A stretch of DNA of 64,000 bases from Bythopirellula sp. (GCA_965216565.1 OZ244170.1:1216001-1280000), one strand, 5' to 3'. Positions 40,477-51,236 are shown, counted from the stretch's first letter. Numbers and translations: made by a program. The notes: a model not told the origin generated them from the letters alone.

Positions 40477-42388
40477 GCAGTTGGTGGCTGCGGTATCGAT
40501 GTCATCCTCAGGGGCGATATTTGCATTTGTTGGTTACACCGTAGTGGTTCTCGCGCTGGCCTGGCTTTCTCACCGTGTTCGTTCAGGCCGAGCATTTCTC
40601 AACGAATATTATTTGGGTAGTCGAGGACTCACGGTTCTCGCCTTTACGTTCACATTTGGTGCTACCAGTGCCTCAGCCGGTTCGTTTGCAGGGGTTCCTT
40701 CTTTGATCTATGCACACGGATGGAGTGTTGCGCTATGGATATCGAGTTACATGGTGGTGCCGCTGTGTGCCTTGGGGCTGTTGGGTAAAAGGTTAAATCA
40801 AATCTCTCGGAAAACGGGTGCGATTACATTGCCAGACATTCTTCGCGAGAGGTTTAAAAGTCCGCGTATTGCAATCCTCTCGTCTCTTCTTCTCGTGTTT
40901 CTTTTGTCTCTCTATCTAATTCCACAATTCAAGCTGGCAAGCTTAATACTCAATCAATTGCTCTCTGGTTCCGGCATACTAAATGTCCTCAGCGGATGGC
41001 TTAAGTCGCTTCAAACAGAGATTGGATTCGGAGAGAACTTGAATACCGAGTATCTCGTTTGTCTCGTATTTTTCTCTGCGCTCGTGGTCATTTATACTAC
41101 CTTCGGCGGATTCCGAGCGGTTGTTTGGACAGACGTGCTTCAAGGATTCATCATGCTTGCGGGCATTATCGTCCTTCTTTTTTTGACATTACAACAATCA
41201 GGAGGCTTAGCGGCAGCTACTACACTGGTTGGCCAGCAGGTGCCCCCGCGACTTGGATACGTACAGTTTGTGACGGATCAGGTCAGGACCGACGCAGTGG
41301 TGATCCCTTCGGAATCGTGGTTTGAACTCTCTAGCCAAGATGGCCAAATCAAATATTACTGTACGAATGAAACAGCAATCATCACCCCTAGGAAACCTGA
41401 ATCGACACGCATCAAAGCTGTAGAGTTTTCAAGCGCCGAATGGCTTAAAGATTACTTGTCCGATTCCGTTGTTCCGTTACCAGAACACGTATCCCCCGTT
41501 CTTGGGGAGTTTGAAGCCTATGCTTTTGGTGCGAATGAACAGGAGAGCTATCTGCGTTGTCCGGGGCCGAGTCCCGTTAACCCTGTAGGCTTTCTCTCGT
41601 TGGGACTGGCAATCTCAATCTTTGTCTATTGGCCTATTTCCGGGACGGGACAGCCTGGCAACATGGTGCGACTAATGGCATTCCGATCGTCGCTCACGCT
41701 CAAGCGATCGATCATTCTTCTGAGTTTCTATTTCGGCTTTATATACTTCGCACTGATCATCGTCTTTTGCAGTGCACGAGCTATTGTGCCGGGGTTAGAC
41801 CATACGCCAGATCGCATCATGCCGGTCCTATCGTTTCATCTATCAGAGGTAGCTCGAATGCCCTGGTTGGCGGGGCTATTGGTGGCCGCTCCTTTCGCTG
41901 CCGCGATGTCTACGGTCGATAGCTTTATGCTAATGATCTCTTCGTCAGTGGTACGTGACATTTATCAGCGCAACTACAATCCCGCCATATCGGAAAAGCA
42001 AATCAAACGACTCAGCTATCTATGTATGATTCTGATCGGTATTGTGGTGACAGCCGGGGCGGCCAACCCACCACGGTTCATGCAATATCTGATCGTATTT
42101 ACGGGTGGGGGCCTGTCGGTATCATTCTTGATTCCTATGGCAATGGCGCTCTATTGGCCTAGATCAACTGCCAAGGGCGCAACCGCTGCGATGATCTCAG
42201 GATTTCTCGTTTACTTAAGCCTGTACGTTGCCGGATACATTATCAATCACTCTCCACAACCGCTGAATCTCTTGCAGCTCGATCCACTCATATGGGGATT
42301 TGTTGCATCAATTGTGGCTGGGATCCTAGGTAGTTGGGTCGATGGTCCTCCATCGGAAGAATTAGTCGCCAAGTTCTTTCACGCCTAG
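40469..42388 (+). CDS. Sodium:solute symporter (PanF/PutP-like)
   Basis: EYYLGSRGL, ATSASAGSF.G.P, GGFRAVVWTD, AAAMSTVDS. Confidence 0.9.
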   Translation: MSEQLVAAVSMSSSGAIFAFVGYTVVVLALAWLSHRVRSGRAFLNEYYLGSRGLTVLAFTFTFGATSASAGSFAGVPSLIYAHGWSVALWISSYMVVPLCALGLLGKRLNQISRKTGAITLPDILRERFKSPRIAILSSLLLVFLLSLYLIPQFKLASLILNQLLSGSGILNVLSGWLKSLQTEIGFGENLNTEYLVCLVFFSALVVIYTTFGGFRAVVWTDVLQGFIMLAGIIVLLFLTLQQSGGLAAATTLVGQQVPPRLGYVQFVTDQVRTDAVVIPSESWFELSSQDGQIKYYCTNETAIITPRKPESTRIKAVEFSSAEWLKDYLSDSVVPLPEHVSPVLGEFEAYAFGANEQESYLRCPGPSPVNPVGFLSLGLAISIFVYWPISGTGQPGNMVRLMAFRSSLTLKRSIILLSFYFGFIYFALIIVFCSARAIVPGLDHTPDRIMPVLSFHLSEVARMPWLAGLLVAAPFAAAMSTVDSFMLMISSSVVRDIYQRNYNPAISEKQIKRLSYLCMILIGIVVTAGAANPPRFMQYLIVFTGGGLSVSFLIPMAMALYWPRSTAKGATAAMISGFLVYLSLYVAGYIINHSPQPLNLLQLDPLIWGFVASIVAGILGSWVDGPPSEELVAKFFHA

Positions 42389-42395
42389 CCACGCG

Positions 42396-43118
42396 CTATT
42401 TGGGCGAGTATCTGTATCTCGAGGAAAAAGTGTCCGCCACCAGGGAATGCTGCTTTCCCCTCTTATGGAGTTCGTCTACCAGAGAATGAAATGGATCTTG
42501 AACTGAATAGTTTTTCGAAATCTCGATGAATCGGTTGGAATCTGACAGCACAATATGAGCGAGTTCGACTGGAGACAAGTCTAAGGCTGTCTTGGTAGAC
42601 TCTCTTGTTTGAAGCGAGAAGTTGTCCCAATCGTCGACGTTAGCTAAGTGATCGTAGTCTGAGGCGACAGACGGTATAGCTAGCCCAAGATCTGCCAAGC
42701 ATTCTTCTAGGAGAACCTCAAAGTCGTAGACGATAATCAGACCATTCGGATTGCATGCCCTACTTAATTGATCTTCTAGCGACATACTTTTTGCGTAGTA
42801 CAATGATCCGGCGAACGTGACTATGTCAACAGACTGCTCAATAGCGCATTTGCTAAGGCTCTCTGCATTGCCGCAAATATAAGATACCTTTGGATGCTCA
42901 ACCGCATCGGCGAGCATAGCCGAGCTTGGGTCTAGGCCAATTACCTGGTCGCAATAGTTTGCCAAAGCGATGGCGGAGTATCCCGTGCCGCACCCGATGT
43001 CTATGCCGAGAGGGAACTTCTCGCTTTCGTCTAGTACCGTCGCGAGTGTAGGTGCGTGCAAGGGAGGACGAAATTCAGAATAGTGATGTGCCACCAACTC
43101 GTTGTAATGTTCATCCAT
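42396..43118 (-). CDS. Class I SAM-dependent methyltransferase
   Basis: YSEFRP, DIGCGTG, GLDPSSAML, GNAE. Confidence 0.88.
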   Translation of the reverse strand: MDEHYNELVAHHYSEFRPPLHAPTLATVLDESEKFPLGIDIGCGTGYSAIALANYCDQVIGLDPSSAMLADAVEHPKVSYICGNAESLSKCAIEQSVDIVTFAGSLYYAKSMSLEDQLSRACNPNGLIIVYDFEVLLEECLADLGLAIPSVASDYDHLANVDDWDNFSLQTRESTKTALDLSPVELAHIVLSDSNRFIEISKNYSVQDPFHSLVDELHKRGKQHSLVADTFSSRYRYSPK

Positions 43119-43149
43119 GCTTTGCCCGCTAAGCTTCTGCGTGAGCTAT

Positions 43150-44568
43150 CTAGCTTCCAGGATCTCGCTTGCGAATGATCCTACTACGGGAAAAAGCCAG
43201 CCCGCTCAGCAGGATGAAGAGAGAATGTGGCTCGGGAACGGAAGCTAAAGTTTCCAAACTACTGGTTGATGTGAAATTCTGTTGCCATATCAAAAAGTCT
43301 AGGCCGTCTGATCGTCCGTCTTCGTTTGCGTCTGAGTTGGCGTTGATCCCATAGTCACCAGCCCATTGCAGCAAGTCAGCACCATCTACAACTAGATCGC
43401 CATTGAAATCGCCCAAGATAGGATCGACGACTTCGGTAGCATCATGAATAGCCTGAGTTAAGGCTAGGTAGTGAGATCGTCCCAGGCTATCTAGCTGTGT
43501 ATCGAATGTATCCTGTCCCAGTTCCCAGCCGAAAAGGGTGTGCAAGTTTTCTTGACGGATAAAGTCGGCTTTTCCCTGGACGCTTCCCGGACCATCAAAA
43601 CCCCAGCCTTGATAAGTTATTGCAGAGTCGGCCAGCCATTGCCCAGTGTTATTTCTATGAACAGCATCTCGAACTGCATAGGTATCGCTGTTCGAAAACG
43701 GATTCACCAAGGGCCTGGCAAAATACCCAACGCCGATTCCCAGTTTCGATTTATCGAAACCCTGATTGACCCATCCGTTAACGATATTCTGAGCGGCAAC
43801 TAACGAAGTGTGATTCCCGGAAGGGTCTGCGTGGGGGGCGTCATACGTGCCAAGGCGCAATGCATCGATATTGTTGATAATCGCGTTGCCCGAGGTGTAG
43901 CGAAAGTCTTGAATGAATGCCGACTGCGTCTCTTGACCTTGCAAGATGTTTCGAATGGCAGCGGTCAGATTCGCGTAAGACCCTGCATTGTTCTGCATGT
44001 TCGGACAATTGGCTATACTGCAACCGTCTTCCCAATCTAGATCGATACCAGTTAGCTTTCCGCCAGACAGGTCTAAGATTCTACGAACCTGATCAGCAGC
44101 GAACGCGGCCTTTGAACCCGGGCCAGTGCCATCGGTAAAGACGTGAAAGTTGGTGCTGTTTTCCCAGCCACCGATCGTAAACGTCGTGGTTGTCGATGGG
44201 GAAACACTTGCAACCTTGTTGTAGGTATCTACCATCCGACTGACTCGGCTATCGCTCAAGTTGATCGACCAGGTAGAAGAATCGCTCGGATTGGGCATGT
44301 TAAGTACAGCCGAACCCCCGGTCCCGCCCGGGCCATTGTTTCCGACCGCGATGGTTCCGTCGGGGCGGAAACGAAACTCTCCAAAGTAGGTAATTTCGTC
44401 CAGCAGTTGAACTTGGTCCGAAAACGGGCCATTCAGAAAAGCACTACTCGCTCGCCACTGCGGCAAATAGCCTGCCGTATGTATCTGCTGAGCAAATGAG
44501 AGAGAGGCAAAGGAAAACAGAATAATTACGACGCAGACGAATCGGGAACAAGCGTGAGACATGGACAA
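43150..44568 (-). CDS. GH18 glycoside hydrolase with dockerin-like module and PEP-CTERM
   Basis: Signal peptide, GYLPQW, TIGGW, GIDLDWE, TYD, WELGQD; then GDFNGDLVVDGADLLQW..DANEDGRSDGLDFLIWQ and VPEP. Confidence 0.85.
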   Translation of the reverse strand: MSMSHACSRFVCVVIILFSFASLSFAQQIHTAGYLPQWRASSAFLNGPFSDQVQLLDEITYFGEFRFRPDGTIAVGNNGPGGTGGSAVLNMPNPSDSSTWSINLSDSRVSRMVDTYNKVASVSPSTTTTFTIGGWENSTNFHVFTDGTGPGSKAAFAADQVRRILDLSGGKLTGIDLDWEDGCSIANCPNMQNNAGSYANLTAAIRNILQGQETQSAFIQDFRYTSGNAIINNIDALRLGTYDAPHADPSGNHTSLVAAQNIVNGWVNQGFDKSKLGIGVGYFARPLVNPFSNSDTYAVRDAVHRNNTGQWLADSAITYQGWGFDGPGSVQGKADFIRQENLHTLFGWELGQDTFDTQLDSLGRSHYLALTQAIHDATEVVDPILGDFNGDLVVDGADLLQWAGDYGINANSDANEDGRSDGLDFLIWQQNFTSTSSLETLASVPEPHSLFILLSGLAFSRSRIIRKRDPGS

Positions 44569-44626
44569 CCAGATTTCTCAGACCAGAGTCTATTCGATTT
44601 GTAAACTACAATAGAAGAGTTGTAAA

Positions 44627-45976
44627 TCAACACGAGGTGAGGCGTTGGCGACTGGCTATCAGCAATGTACCAGCAAGTGCCAGTAGAGCAGAAGTAGGTT
44701 CTGGAACCGAGGCTGAAGCCGCGGCCAGTGATCCTCCGCTGGCATTAGCATTTTGCTGCCATATTAGAAAATCAAGACCATCGGAGTCGCCATCCGTGTC
44801 GGCATCGCTGCCCCCATTGATGCCGTAGTCGCCCTCCCATTGCGAGAGATCATCTCCATCTACAGAGCCATCGTTGTTGAAGTCGCCGGGAGTTGGAGCA
44901 AGACTCGTAAGCTTGTCCGCTGCGACTCTTAGCATGGAATTTGCATTATTGGAGTCTAGGTCTTGTCCCATTTCCCAAATAAAAACGTGCTGTAGCCCTT
45001 CATCGTGGGCTAGCTGAATCCGATCTTCGATCGTGGTTTGATCGGGAATCCAAACTGTCTGTCCAGATATAGAGTAGTAGCCATTTCCCAGTGGAGTCCC
45101 GTTGTTTGCAAGGTCCGCGAAGGTGTAGGCATCGTTGCCAAAAACGTTGCGGCCGTAGAAGGGTAGTCCAACGCCAAGGCTATTGGCCGCAACATCGTTG
45201 CCCCAAGAACTGTTAGTCCACACCCATGGTCGCTGCGAGTTGGCGCTGATAGGATCCGTCCAAGCGTCGACAGCATCTTCTACGTACTCATGTAAAGAAT
45301 GCTCGCCATCGTTGGGGTTGCCAGGGTCGTTCCCCCACCAGCCCATGTCGTAGGTCATCAACGAGATTCCATCTATTGCATCTGGTCCCGATAGTACACT
45401 ATTAGAGATCACCACCGAGGGGGCTACCGTGGCATAGACGCGTTTGTCGGCTCCGACCTCTTGCTTAATCCGTTTGAGTAGTGCCGGATAAGTTGTTGTT
45501 CGTTCTGTGCCTGCGTCGGGATGTTCCCAATCGATATCGACTGCAGTCGCACCCGTTTCGTCGAGTAGATCATCAATATTTTGTGCAAGTGTAGCTCTCA
45601 GTGTCGAACTTGCCGCAATACTTGAAAAGACCGAGTCCACGCTGGCACCCCCCAGCGTGATGTCGAGCCGAGGACGTTCGTGCTCTGGCAAGCTATCGAT
45701 GATACCCTTGATCGTAGCGATGTTGTTTTTCTGTGATGCCACACTTCCCGAGAGAGAGGCAATCTCCCCGCCACTTGTTACACTCAAGCCAAAGTATCGA
45801 ACCTCATCCAGTATCGAAAGCTGGTCCGGGAGGATGTTATTCACGTAGTTGCTGTTAAGCCGATAGTGCGGTACATATCCGACAAGTTCTACCCCTTGCG
45901 AACGACTCGGCAGTATAAGCAAAGCCGTGAGTAGTAACAGGGCTGAAAGCAGTCTCGCGATATTGCTTGAGATCAT
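44627..45976 (-). CDS. GH18 glycoside hydrolase with dockerin-like module and PEP-CTERM
   Basis: Signal peptide from ATG 45976, TLGG, VDIDWEHP, LMTYD, GLPFYGR, WEMGQD; dockerin-like repeat and VPEP. Confidence 0.88.
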   Translation of the reverse strand: MISSNIARLLSALLLLTALLILPSRSQGVELVGYVPHYRLNSNYVNNILPDQLSILDEVRYFGLSVTSGGEIASLSGSVASQKNNIATIKGIIDSLPEHERPRLDITLGGASVDSVFSSIAASSTLRATLAQNIDDLLDETGATAVDIDWEHPDAGTERTTTYPALLKRIKQEVGADKRVYATVAPSVVISNSVLSGPDAIDGISLMTYDMGWWGNDPGNPNDGEHSLHEYVEDAVDAWTDPISANSQRPWVWTNSSWGNDVAANSLGVGLPFYGRNVFGNDAYTFADLANNGTPLGNGYYSISGQTVWIPDQTTIEDRIQLAHDEGLQHVFIWEMGQDLDSNNANSMLRVAADKLTSLAPTPGDFNNDGSVDGDDLSQWEGDYGINGGSDADTDGDSDGLDFLIWQQNANASGGSLAAASASVPEPTSALLALAGTLLIASRQRLTSC

Positions 45977-46002
45977 CTCTAATCTTTCGCTTTTGTAGGC
46001 TC

Positions 46003-48780
46003 TTAGTTCACCTGAAAGTTTTTTTCGCGCACAGTGCATGGCCGACCAGAGCGGCCATTGCTTGTGAATACACTTATCGTAGCTGTCGAACCTACTTCAA
46101 CTGGTTCGGTATAGATTTTGGAGTCTGTTTGAGGCTCACTCCCATCGGTGGTGTAGCGGAGCGTGAGGCCGGGAAAAGCAACATTTGCTTTTAATACTCC
46201 ATCCTTAATCAATGCACCTGGGTCTGGGATTCGATATTCAAAGCCGCCCAGGATGTGGTCTAGCCTGGGAAGTTCAATTGTTCCCAACTGGCGAGCAAAG
46301 CGGCTCCAAGATTTGTGAAAAGCCAATTGCCAGTCCCTGTCCAGGTCTTCGCTGGCCCAGACTGGCTTTTGCGACCATGCCCTTTCTGCCAAGGCAATAA
46401 GTCTGGGAAAAGCCATGTATTCCAATCTCTCTTGGCCTTTCAGGTTCTCTCCCCACAACTGTCCTTGAATTCCCAGGACATGCTTCTTGCCTTTTTCAGT
46501 TAGTCGCGTTCGCCGGTCAATGTTCTCCGTCGAGATGTCATGGCCAAAAATGTCTTGAGGCGTTCTTGCCAGAAAATTAAGCGGTGCAAATGAGTAGGCT
46601 GTTTTTGTGTCTACAAATCCCGCCCAATAATATCCAGGCTCTTTGGGGTCCTTATTGTAAGCCAAATCAAAATACAAATGGGTAGCGTTGCACAGCACGA
46701 CGTTCACGCCCGAATTGGCTAGACGGTAGGCCATATCCTCCTGCCCCCAACCCCAAACATTGTTCCATACATAACAATGGAAGCGGTCGCTCAAGAACCG
46801 TTGATATGCCGATCCTTGAGCCACTTGGGCTCTTTTCATGTCGTTGAGAAAGACCTCTTCCCAAGCTCCAGCAACAATCTTCTCCTCCGCTGGCAAAAAC
46901 TCCGTAACTCTGGAGAAGAAGTCTGCCATTGCGTCCTTGCCCCTGAACGTTCGATTCTCGTCGCTCGGATAGTGCTGCTTACATTCAGGGGATTCATCCC
47001 ATACGCCTTCGGGCACTTCGTCTCCACCAAGATGAACGGTAGTGAGTCTTGCTCCTGCTTCTGCGTAAATGGTTCGGATATCTGCCAGAACATGCTGAAC
47101 GAAGGAATAAGTTGAATCTTGGCAGACGTTCACCACATTATCGTTCCACATCTGAACCGACTCATAAGCCGAGTTGTCCTGGGGATCATGAAGAAGGAAT
47201 TCCTTGGCCTCTTTCTCCCGACCTTCAGCATGCAATCGTTCGTGACGAACTGCCATTGCCTGGATTGCCGCTCTCGCATGCCCGGGTAAATCTATTTCTG
47301 GGATCACGTCAATGTGACGTTCTGCAGCAAATTGAAGAATCTCAATGAACTCTTCGCGTGAGTAATAGCCACTGCCATGACTATCGGTGGCATCGGGTCC
47401 CGAACCGAAGGAAGGTGGCAAGGCCGTCTTACCATCCTCCGAGAATGCCCTTGTAGATCCGATTTCGGTCAACTCCGGCAACTCAGCGATTTCCAGCCGC
47501 CATCCCTCATCGTCGGTGAGGTGAAAATGAAACTTGTTCAATTTGTAGAACGACATCATCTCCAAGAGACGTTTTACTGCGTCTGGTTCCTGGAAGTTGC
47601 GCGCTACATCTAGGTGCAAGCCACGATAACCAAATCGTGGGGCATCGACGATTGCAACCGCCTCCACGGTTAGTTCGTCCTGAGATTGCTTGTAGGCATC
47701 GACTGCCAGCCAGGCACGGAGAGTTTGAATGCCATAGAATACACCGGTGGGATCGGTGCCCGTTATGGAGATACCAGATTCTTGATCAATGATCAGTTGA
47801 TAGGCATGACTTCCCGACGTTTTGGCATTTCCATCTACACTCAAATCCTGCAACGACAAAACAATGGTGCTTCTGGTCGGTTTCAGAGTGTCTTGGTTCG
47901 TCTGCAATCGGTCTCCCATTAAGGGCTGCAGAGCAGCGGCGAGATAGGCAGCTTCTTGCTCGAGTTGCGGACCTGCCACAATCGCCGTTTGGCTAGTGAT
48001 TGAGAAAGTTCCGGGTCGACGCTCGCAGGAAACGGGCGTCGGCAAAATTCTGTCGCTTTTCTTAACCGGAACTTGAGACAAGCTTTCATTCTCTCGAAAG
48101 CGAGAATGAGCAGTTGGCACTACTATTTGATCATCGCGAGTCCGCATCGTCTGATGTTTACTAGTAATTGGTCCAACAACTGCATCGCCCAGCGATTCGA
48201 CAATTTGTTGACGTCGCACATTGTCGGCACTTACCAAATAGAAACCGCTCGGTGCATCGCTTTCTTTGATAACTGAATAATTGGTGTGAAAACGGATTGC
48301 TCGTTGTGTTCCCGGGCGAAACGGTAGAAAACTTTCTTCTGGCTCAAGACAAAACAAATCGCCGTTGATATGCTTCAGCCGAACCCCTTCTGTGATGCCA
48401 TGAGGAAGAATCTTTCGACAGAAATTGAAATAGATCTGCCAGCCATTATTCCCAAACGTTTGACTGCTATTGTTCTTCAGAACAAGTTCGGAAGTGGAAG
48501 GCCCCGCAGAAGTGCTGGAGCCGTTCTCAATGATTTTCCATGCGATAGAAATCGCTCGTGCTTCAGCGTGAGACGAGCCCGGATTGGCAAACACGCTATA
48601 GGCAGCGAACAATGCGCACGCCACGATAAAGAAACTCATCATGAGGTTCTTGGTCCAATGGTTCGGCTTTGTTGTCAAAAAGAGTACTGCCTTCTTATGC
48701 AGAGTGGTCATTATAGCACACCGGCAGCGCCTGGTTGCATTGCTGTTAGGACCCGTTTTTGTGCGGCCTGGTCGTGACAT
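46003..48780 (-). CDS. GH20 beta-N-acetylhexosaminidase (chitobiase-type, multi-domain)
   Basis: DAPRFGYRGLHLDVARNF, HLTDDEGWR, PEIDLPGH, HLGGDE catalytic motif, GQLWGE, RYTTDGSEP. N-terminal carbohydrate-binding-like domain. Start may be 48711. Confidence 0.93.
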   Translation of the reverse strand: MSRPGRTKTGPNSNATRRCRCAIMTTLHKKAVLFLTTKPNHWTKNLMMSFFIVACALFAAYSVFANPGSSHAEARAISIAWKIIENGSSTSAGPSTSELVLKNNSSQTFGNNGWQIYFNFCRKILPHGITEGVRLKHINGDLFCLEPEESFLPFRPGTQRAIRFHTNYSVIKESDAPSGFYLVSADNVRRQQIVESLGDAVVGPITSKHQTMRTRDDQIVVPTAHSRFRENESLSQVPVKKSDRILPTPVSCERRPGTFSITSQTAIVAGPQLEQEAAYLAAALQPLMGDRLQTNQDTLKPTRSTIVLSLQDLSVDGNAKTSGSHAYQLIIDQESGISITGTDPTGVFYGIQTLRAWLAVDAYKQSQDELTVEAVAIVDAPRFGYRGLHLDVARNFQEPDAVKRLLEMMSFYKLNKFHFHLTDDEGWRLEIAELPELTEIGSTRAFSEDGKTALPPSFGSGPDATDSHGSGYYSREEFIEILQFAAERHIDVIPEIDLPGHARAAIQAMAVRHERLHAEGREKEAKEFLLHDPQDNSAYESVQMWNDNVVNVCQDSTYSFVQHVLADIRTIYAEAGARLTTVHLGGDEVPEGVWDESPECKQHYPSDENRTFRGKDAMADFFSRVTEFLPAEEKIVAGAWEEVFLNDMKRAQVAQGSAYQRFLSDRFHCYVWNNVWGWGQEDMAYRLANSGVNVVLCNATHLYFDLAYNKDPKEPGYYWAGFVDTKTAYSFAPLNFLARTPQDIFGHDISTENIDRRTRLTEKGKKHVLGIQGQLWGENLKGQERLEYMAFPRLIALAERAWSQKPVWASEDLDRDWQLAFHKSWSRFARQLGTIELPRLDHILGGFEYRIPDPGALIKDGVLKANVAFPGLTLRYTTDGSEPQTDSKIYTEPVEVGSTATISVFTSNGRSGRPCTVREKNFQVN

Positions 48781-48900
48781 GAGAATTGTGGGGATGGCAA
48801 TTATTCAGCCAACTATTGTGGCCAACAACAAAGAGTCACGAGCTGGATAAGCAAATGCGTGACAATCTGGCTTTCGTAGGGCAAGGCACAATCAAGTGGC

Positions 48901-50127
48901 TTAACCTTTGACAAATGTATTACTGCTGGAGCCGTTGCCTGCCCCAGAGAATCTTACATATCCATCAAGGTCGGGCACTAACGAGTCGGTAAGGCAGTTG
49001 ATCACGCTGGCGATTGTGCCATCTAGAATTCCACCACTGGCATGCTCAAACTTGCAACTATTGAAAGATGGCTTGAGTGCGTAATGCTCTGCCTTTTCTA
49101 CAAGCAAGTCGAGCAGTTGAGGGTGTTCCTTAAAAAGACGACCGTAGACATAAAACTTACCTGGATTGACTATGTTGATCACATAGGCAACGCCCAGCGC
49201 CAGATTCTCGCACATTTTTTCAAGTTCGATCTCTACTTGTGTATCACCTGTTCGGTACATCTCGAGGATTTCACTAATCTTGACGGATCTACGCAAGAGA
49301 AGAGACATTCTCGCCTCCAGGGCCCACTCACTAGCCACCGTTTCCAGGCACCCTTTCTTGCCACACGGACAAAGCTCGCCATTGGGAGTGATCGTGATAT
49401 GGCCGAGTTCTCCCGCAAAGCCGTTATCGCCAGTTAGGAATTGGCCATCGATCATCAACCCCAAACCAACTCCGCCACACAGATCTAGCATCGCAAAGCT
49501 TGAATCATTGCCACCGTTCCCATGAAGCCGTTCGGACAATGATAGCGCATGCGAATCGCGAACCACCAAACATTCGAGCCCCAGCAGACTTTGGAGATCT
49601 TTGCCTACTGTCTTGCCGTTGATTAATGGGAGGTTCGCGGATAACACGACCCGCTGATCCTGATAGTCAATAATCGCTGGAACGCTGAGCCCTACTCCTA
49701 GAGTCACTTTGCCATTGGTAGGCATAAGCTTCTTGATATTACTCGTGATGTGAATGAGAAGCGAGTCGTAGGTGGTAGGAGTCGGAAAGCTCAGAGAGCA
49801 GCCTTCGTTGAACTCACCGTTAAGGCTTGCCGAAGCGACTTTGCATTCAGTACCGTCAATTGCAACGCCTATGATCTGAGAGTTTTCGCTGGCAAGGCGT
49901 AGTCGCTTGGCAGGCCGACCCCGCCCTATGGAGGCTTCCTCATACTCTTCCAGCAGCTTGGATTCAAGAAGAGACGAAACAGCCTTGGCAACTGTCGGAA
50001 AGGTGATACCGATCGACTTGGACATTTCGGCACGTGTCGACGGACCTCTCTCTTGGATCATTCTCAGCACAAGACGTTCGTTGATCTTGCTTAGAAGTCT
50101 AGGCTGAATAGGAGATGACTCATTCAT
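48901..50127 (-). CDS. ROK family (NagC/XylR-like) transcriptional regulator
   Basis: N-terminal HTH (STRAEMS..GITFPTV), GRGRP, GVGLG, AGELGH, CPCGKKGCLE. Confidence 0.92.
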   Translation of the reverse strand: MNESSPIQPRLLSKINERLVLRMIQERGPSTRAEMSKSIGITFPTVAKAVSSLLESKLLEEYEEASIGRGRPAKRLRLASENSQIIGVAIDGTECKVASASLNGEFNEGCSLSFPTPTTYDSLLIHITSNIKKLMPTNGKVTLGVGLSVPAIIDYQDQRVVLSANLPLINGKTVGKDLQSLLGLECLVVRDSHALSLSERLHGNGGNDSSFAMLDLCGGVGLGLMIDGQFLTGDNGFAGELGHITITPNGELCPCGKKGCLETVASEWALEARMSLLLRRSVKISEILEMYRTGDTQVEIELEKMCENLALGVAYVINIVNPGKFYVYGRLFKEHPQLLDLLVEKAEHYALKPSFNSCKFEHASGGILDGTIASVINCLTDSLVPDLDGYVRFSGAGNGSSSNTFVKG

Positions 50128-50219
50128 AAGTTTGTCTCATTCTTCCTTGTGTGGTGCTTTCCACGTAACTACTCTTTGGCGTTAAGCGCTAGGCAAAATC
50201 CTCTTGATTCGAGGTACGC

Positions 50220-51236
50220 CTACTGCAAAGCTCCCTCAATTACTTCTTCTCCCGCGATGCTGCTACTAGCTCGCCAGGCAACGATGTCGATCGAATCTAA
50301 GGCAAATCTGACTGATCCATCGCACATGGCTACGTTGACTCCTGCAGGGTGACGACTGCGTGAAGCAGCCCTTGTCAAACTTGCTGGCGATGTCGGTTCG
50401 TTGCATGGAGGATTTGGGAGCTCCGGATTGCACTCCCCCCTTCCATAAAAAACGTCTGGTTCAAAGGAATTTGGGACAGTAAAAGTTTCGAACCCCGTAG
50501 CCCATCCCCACCAAGTCAGTCCGCGATGATCGCGGTTTTGCCCCTGTACTGTTTCCGAAGCCAGCATCGTATTGCTTAGGCCATCCGTTATCTCGCGGTA
50601 CGAAATAACTTTTGTGTCAACGATCTTTCCGACGGTAGCAGAGCCAGTGATAAAGTCGAAGCCAGCGAAGGGGCCACGCAAGTGTTTTACAAACTCAGGG
50701 CTCGCAGGACCGTGGTGATCCAGCCCAAAGTGATTAGTGTTGCCATAATTGGCTACATAATTGTGATAAGTGATTCCTTGATCAAAGATTTGAGGCGAGT
50801 CGCTAGGGCAAGTCAGAGAGGAAAGTCTTGCCTGAGAAACGATGATGTTGTTGATTGTCAGCGAAGTATCAAGCGGAGCGCTAGGCGATTTATTCTCAGA
50901 ATCGTATTTATAGGCACTATCAAAGAACTGAGAGTTCTTCGGCAAAAAAGCGTACAAGTCTCCAAGCTGCGCTTGTTCCATGAAGGGAAGTATCGCCATC
51001 TGCCAAGTTCCCCAACAACAGCTGATGTTTCCAATAGGAAGTTCCCGGTTGGTGTCATGGTAGTTCTGCAATGCCAAGCCAACCTGTTTAAGATTGTTCA
51101 CACACTGCGCACGACGAGCAGCTTCCCGCGCCGCTTGCACAGCAGGCAAAAGCAAGGCTACCAGCGTGCCGATGATGGCAATTACTACCAATAGCTCCAC
51201 GAGTGTGAATCCAGTCTGCGACTTTCTCATTCTCAT
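50220..51236 (-). CDS. DUF1559 family prepilin-type protein
   Basis: [42 protein letters not shown]. Confidence 0.92.
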   Translation of the reverse strand: MRMRKSQTGFTLVELLVVIAIIGTLVALLLPAVQAAREAARRAQCVNNLKQVGLALQNYHDTNRELPIGNISCCWGTWQMAILPFMEQAQLGDLYAFLPKNSQFFDSAYKYDSENKSPSAPLDTSLTINNIIVSQARLSSLTCPSDSPQIFDQGITYHNYVANYGNTNHFGLDHHGPASPEFVKHLRGPFAGFDFITGSATVGKIVDTKVISYREITDGLSNTMLASETVQGQNRDHRGLTWWGWATGFETFTVPNSFEPDVFYGRGECNPELPNPPCNEPTSPASLTRAASRSRHPAGVNVAMCDGSVRFALDSIDIVAWRASSSIAGEEVIEGALQ

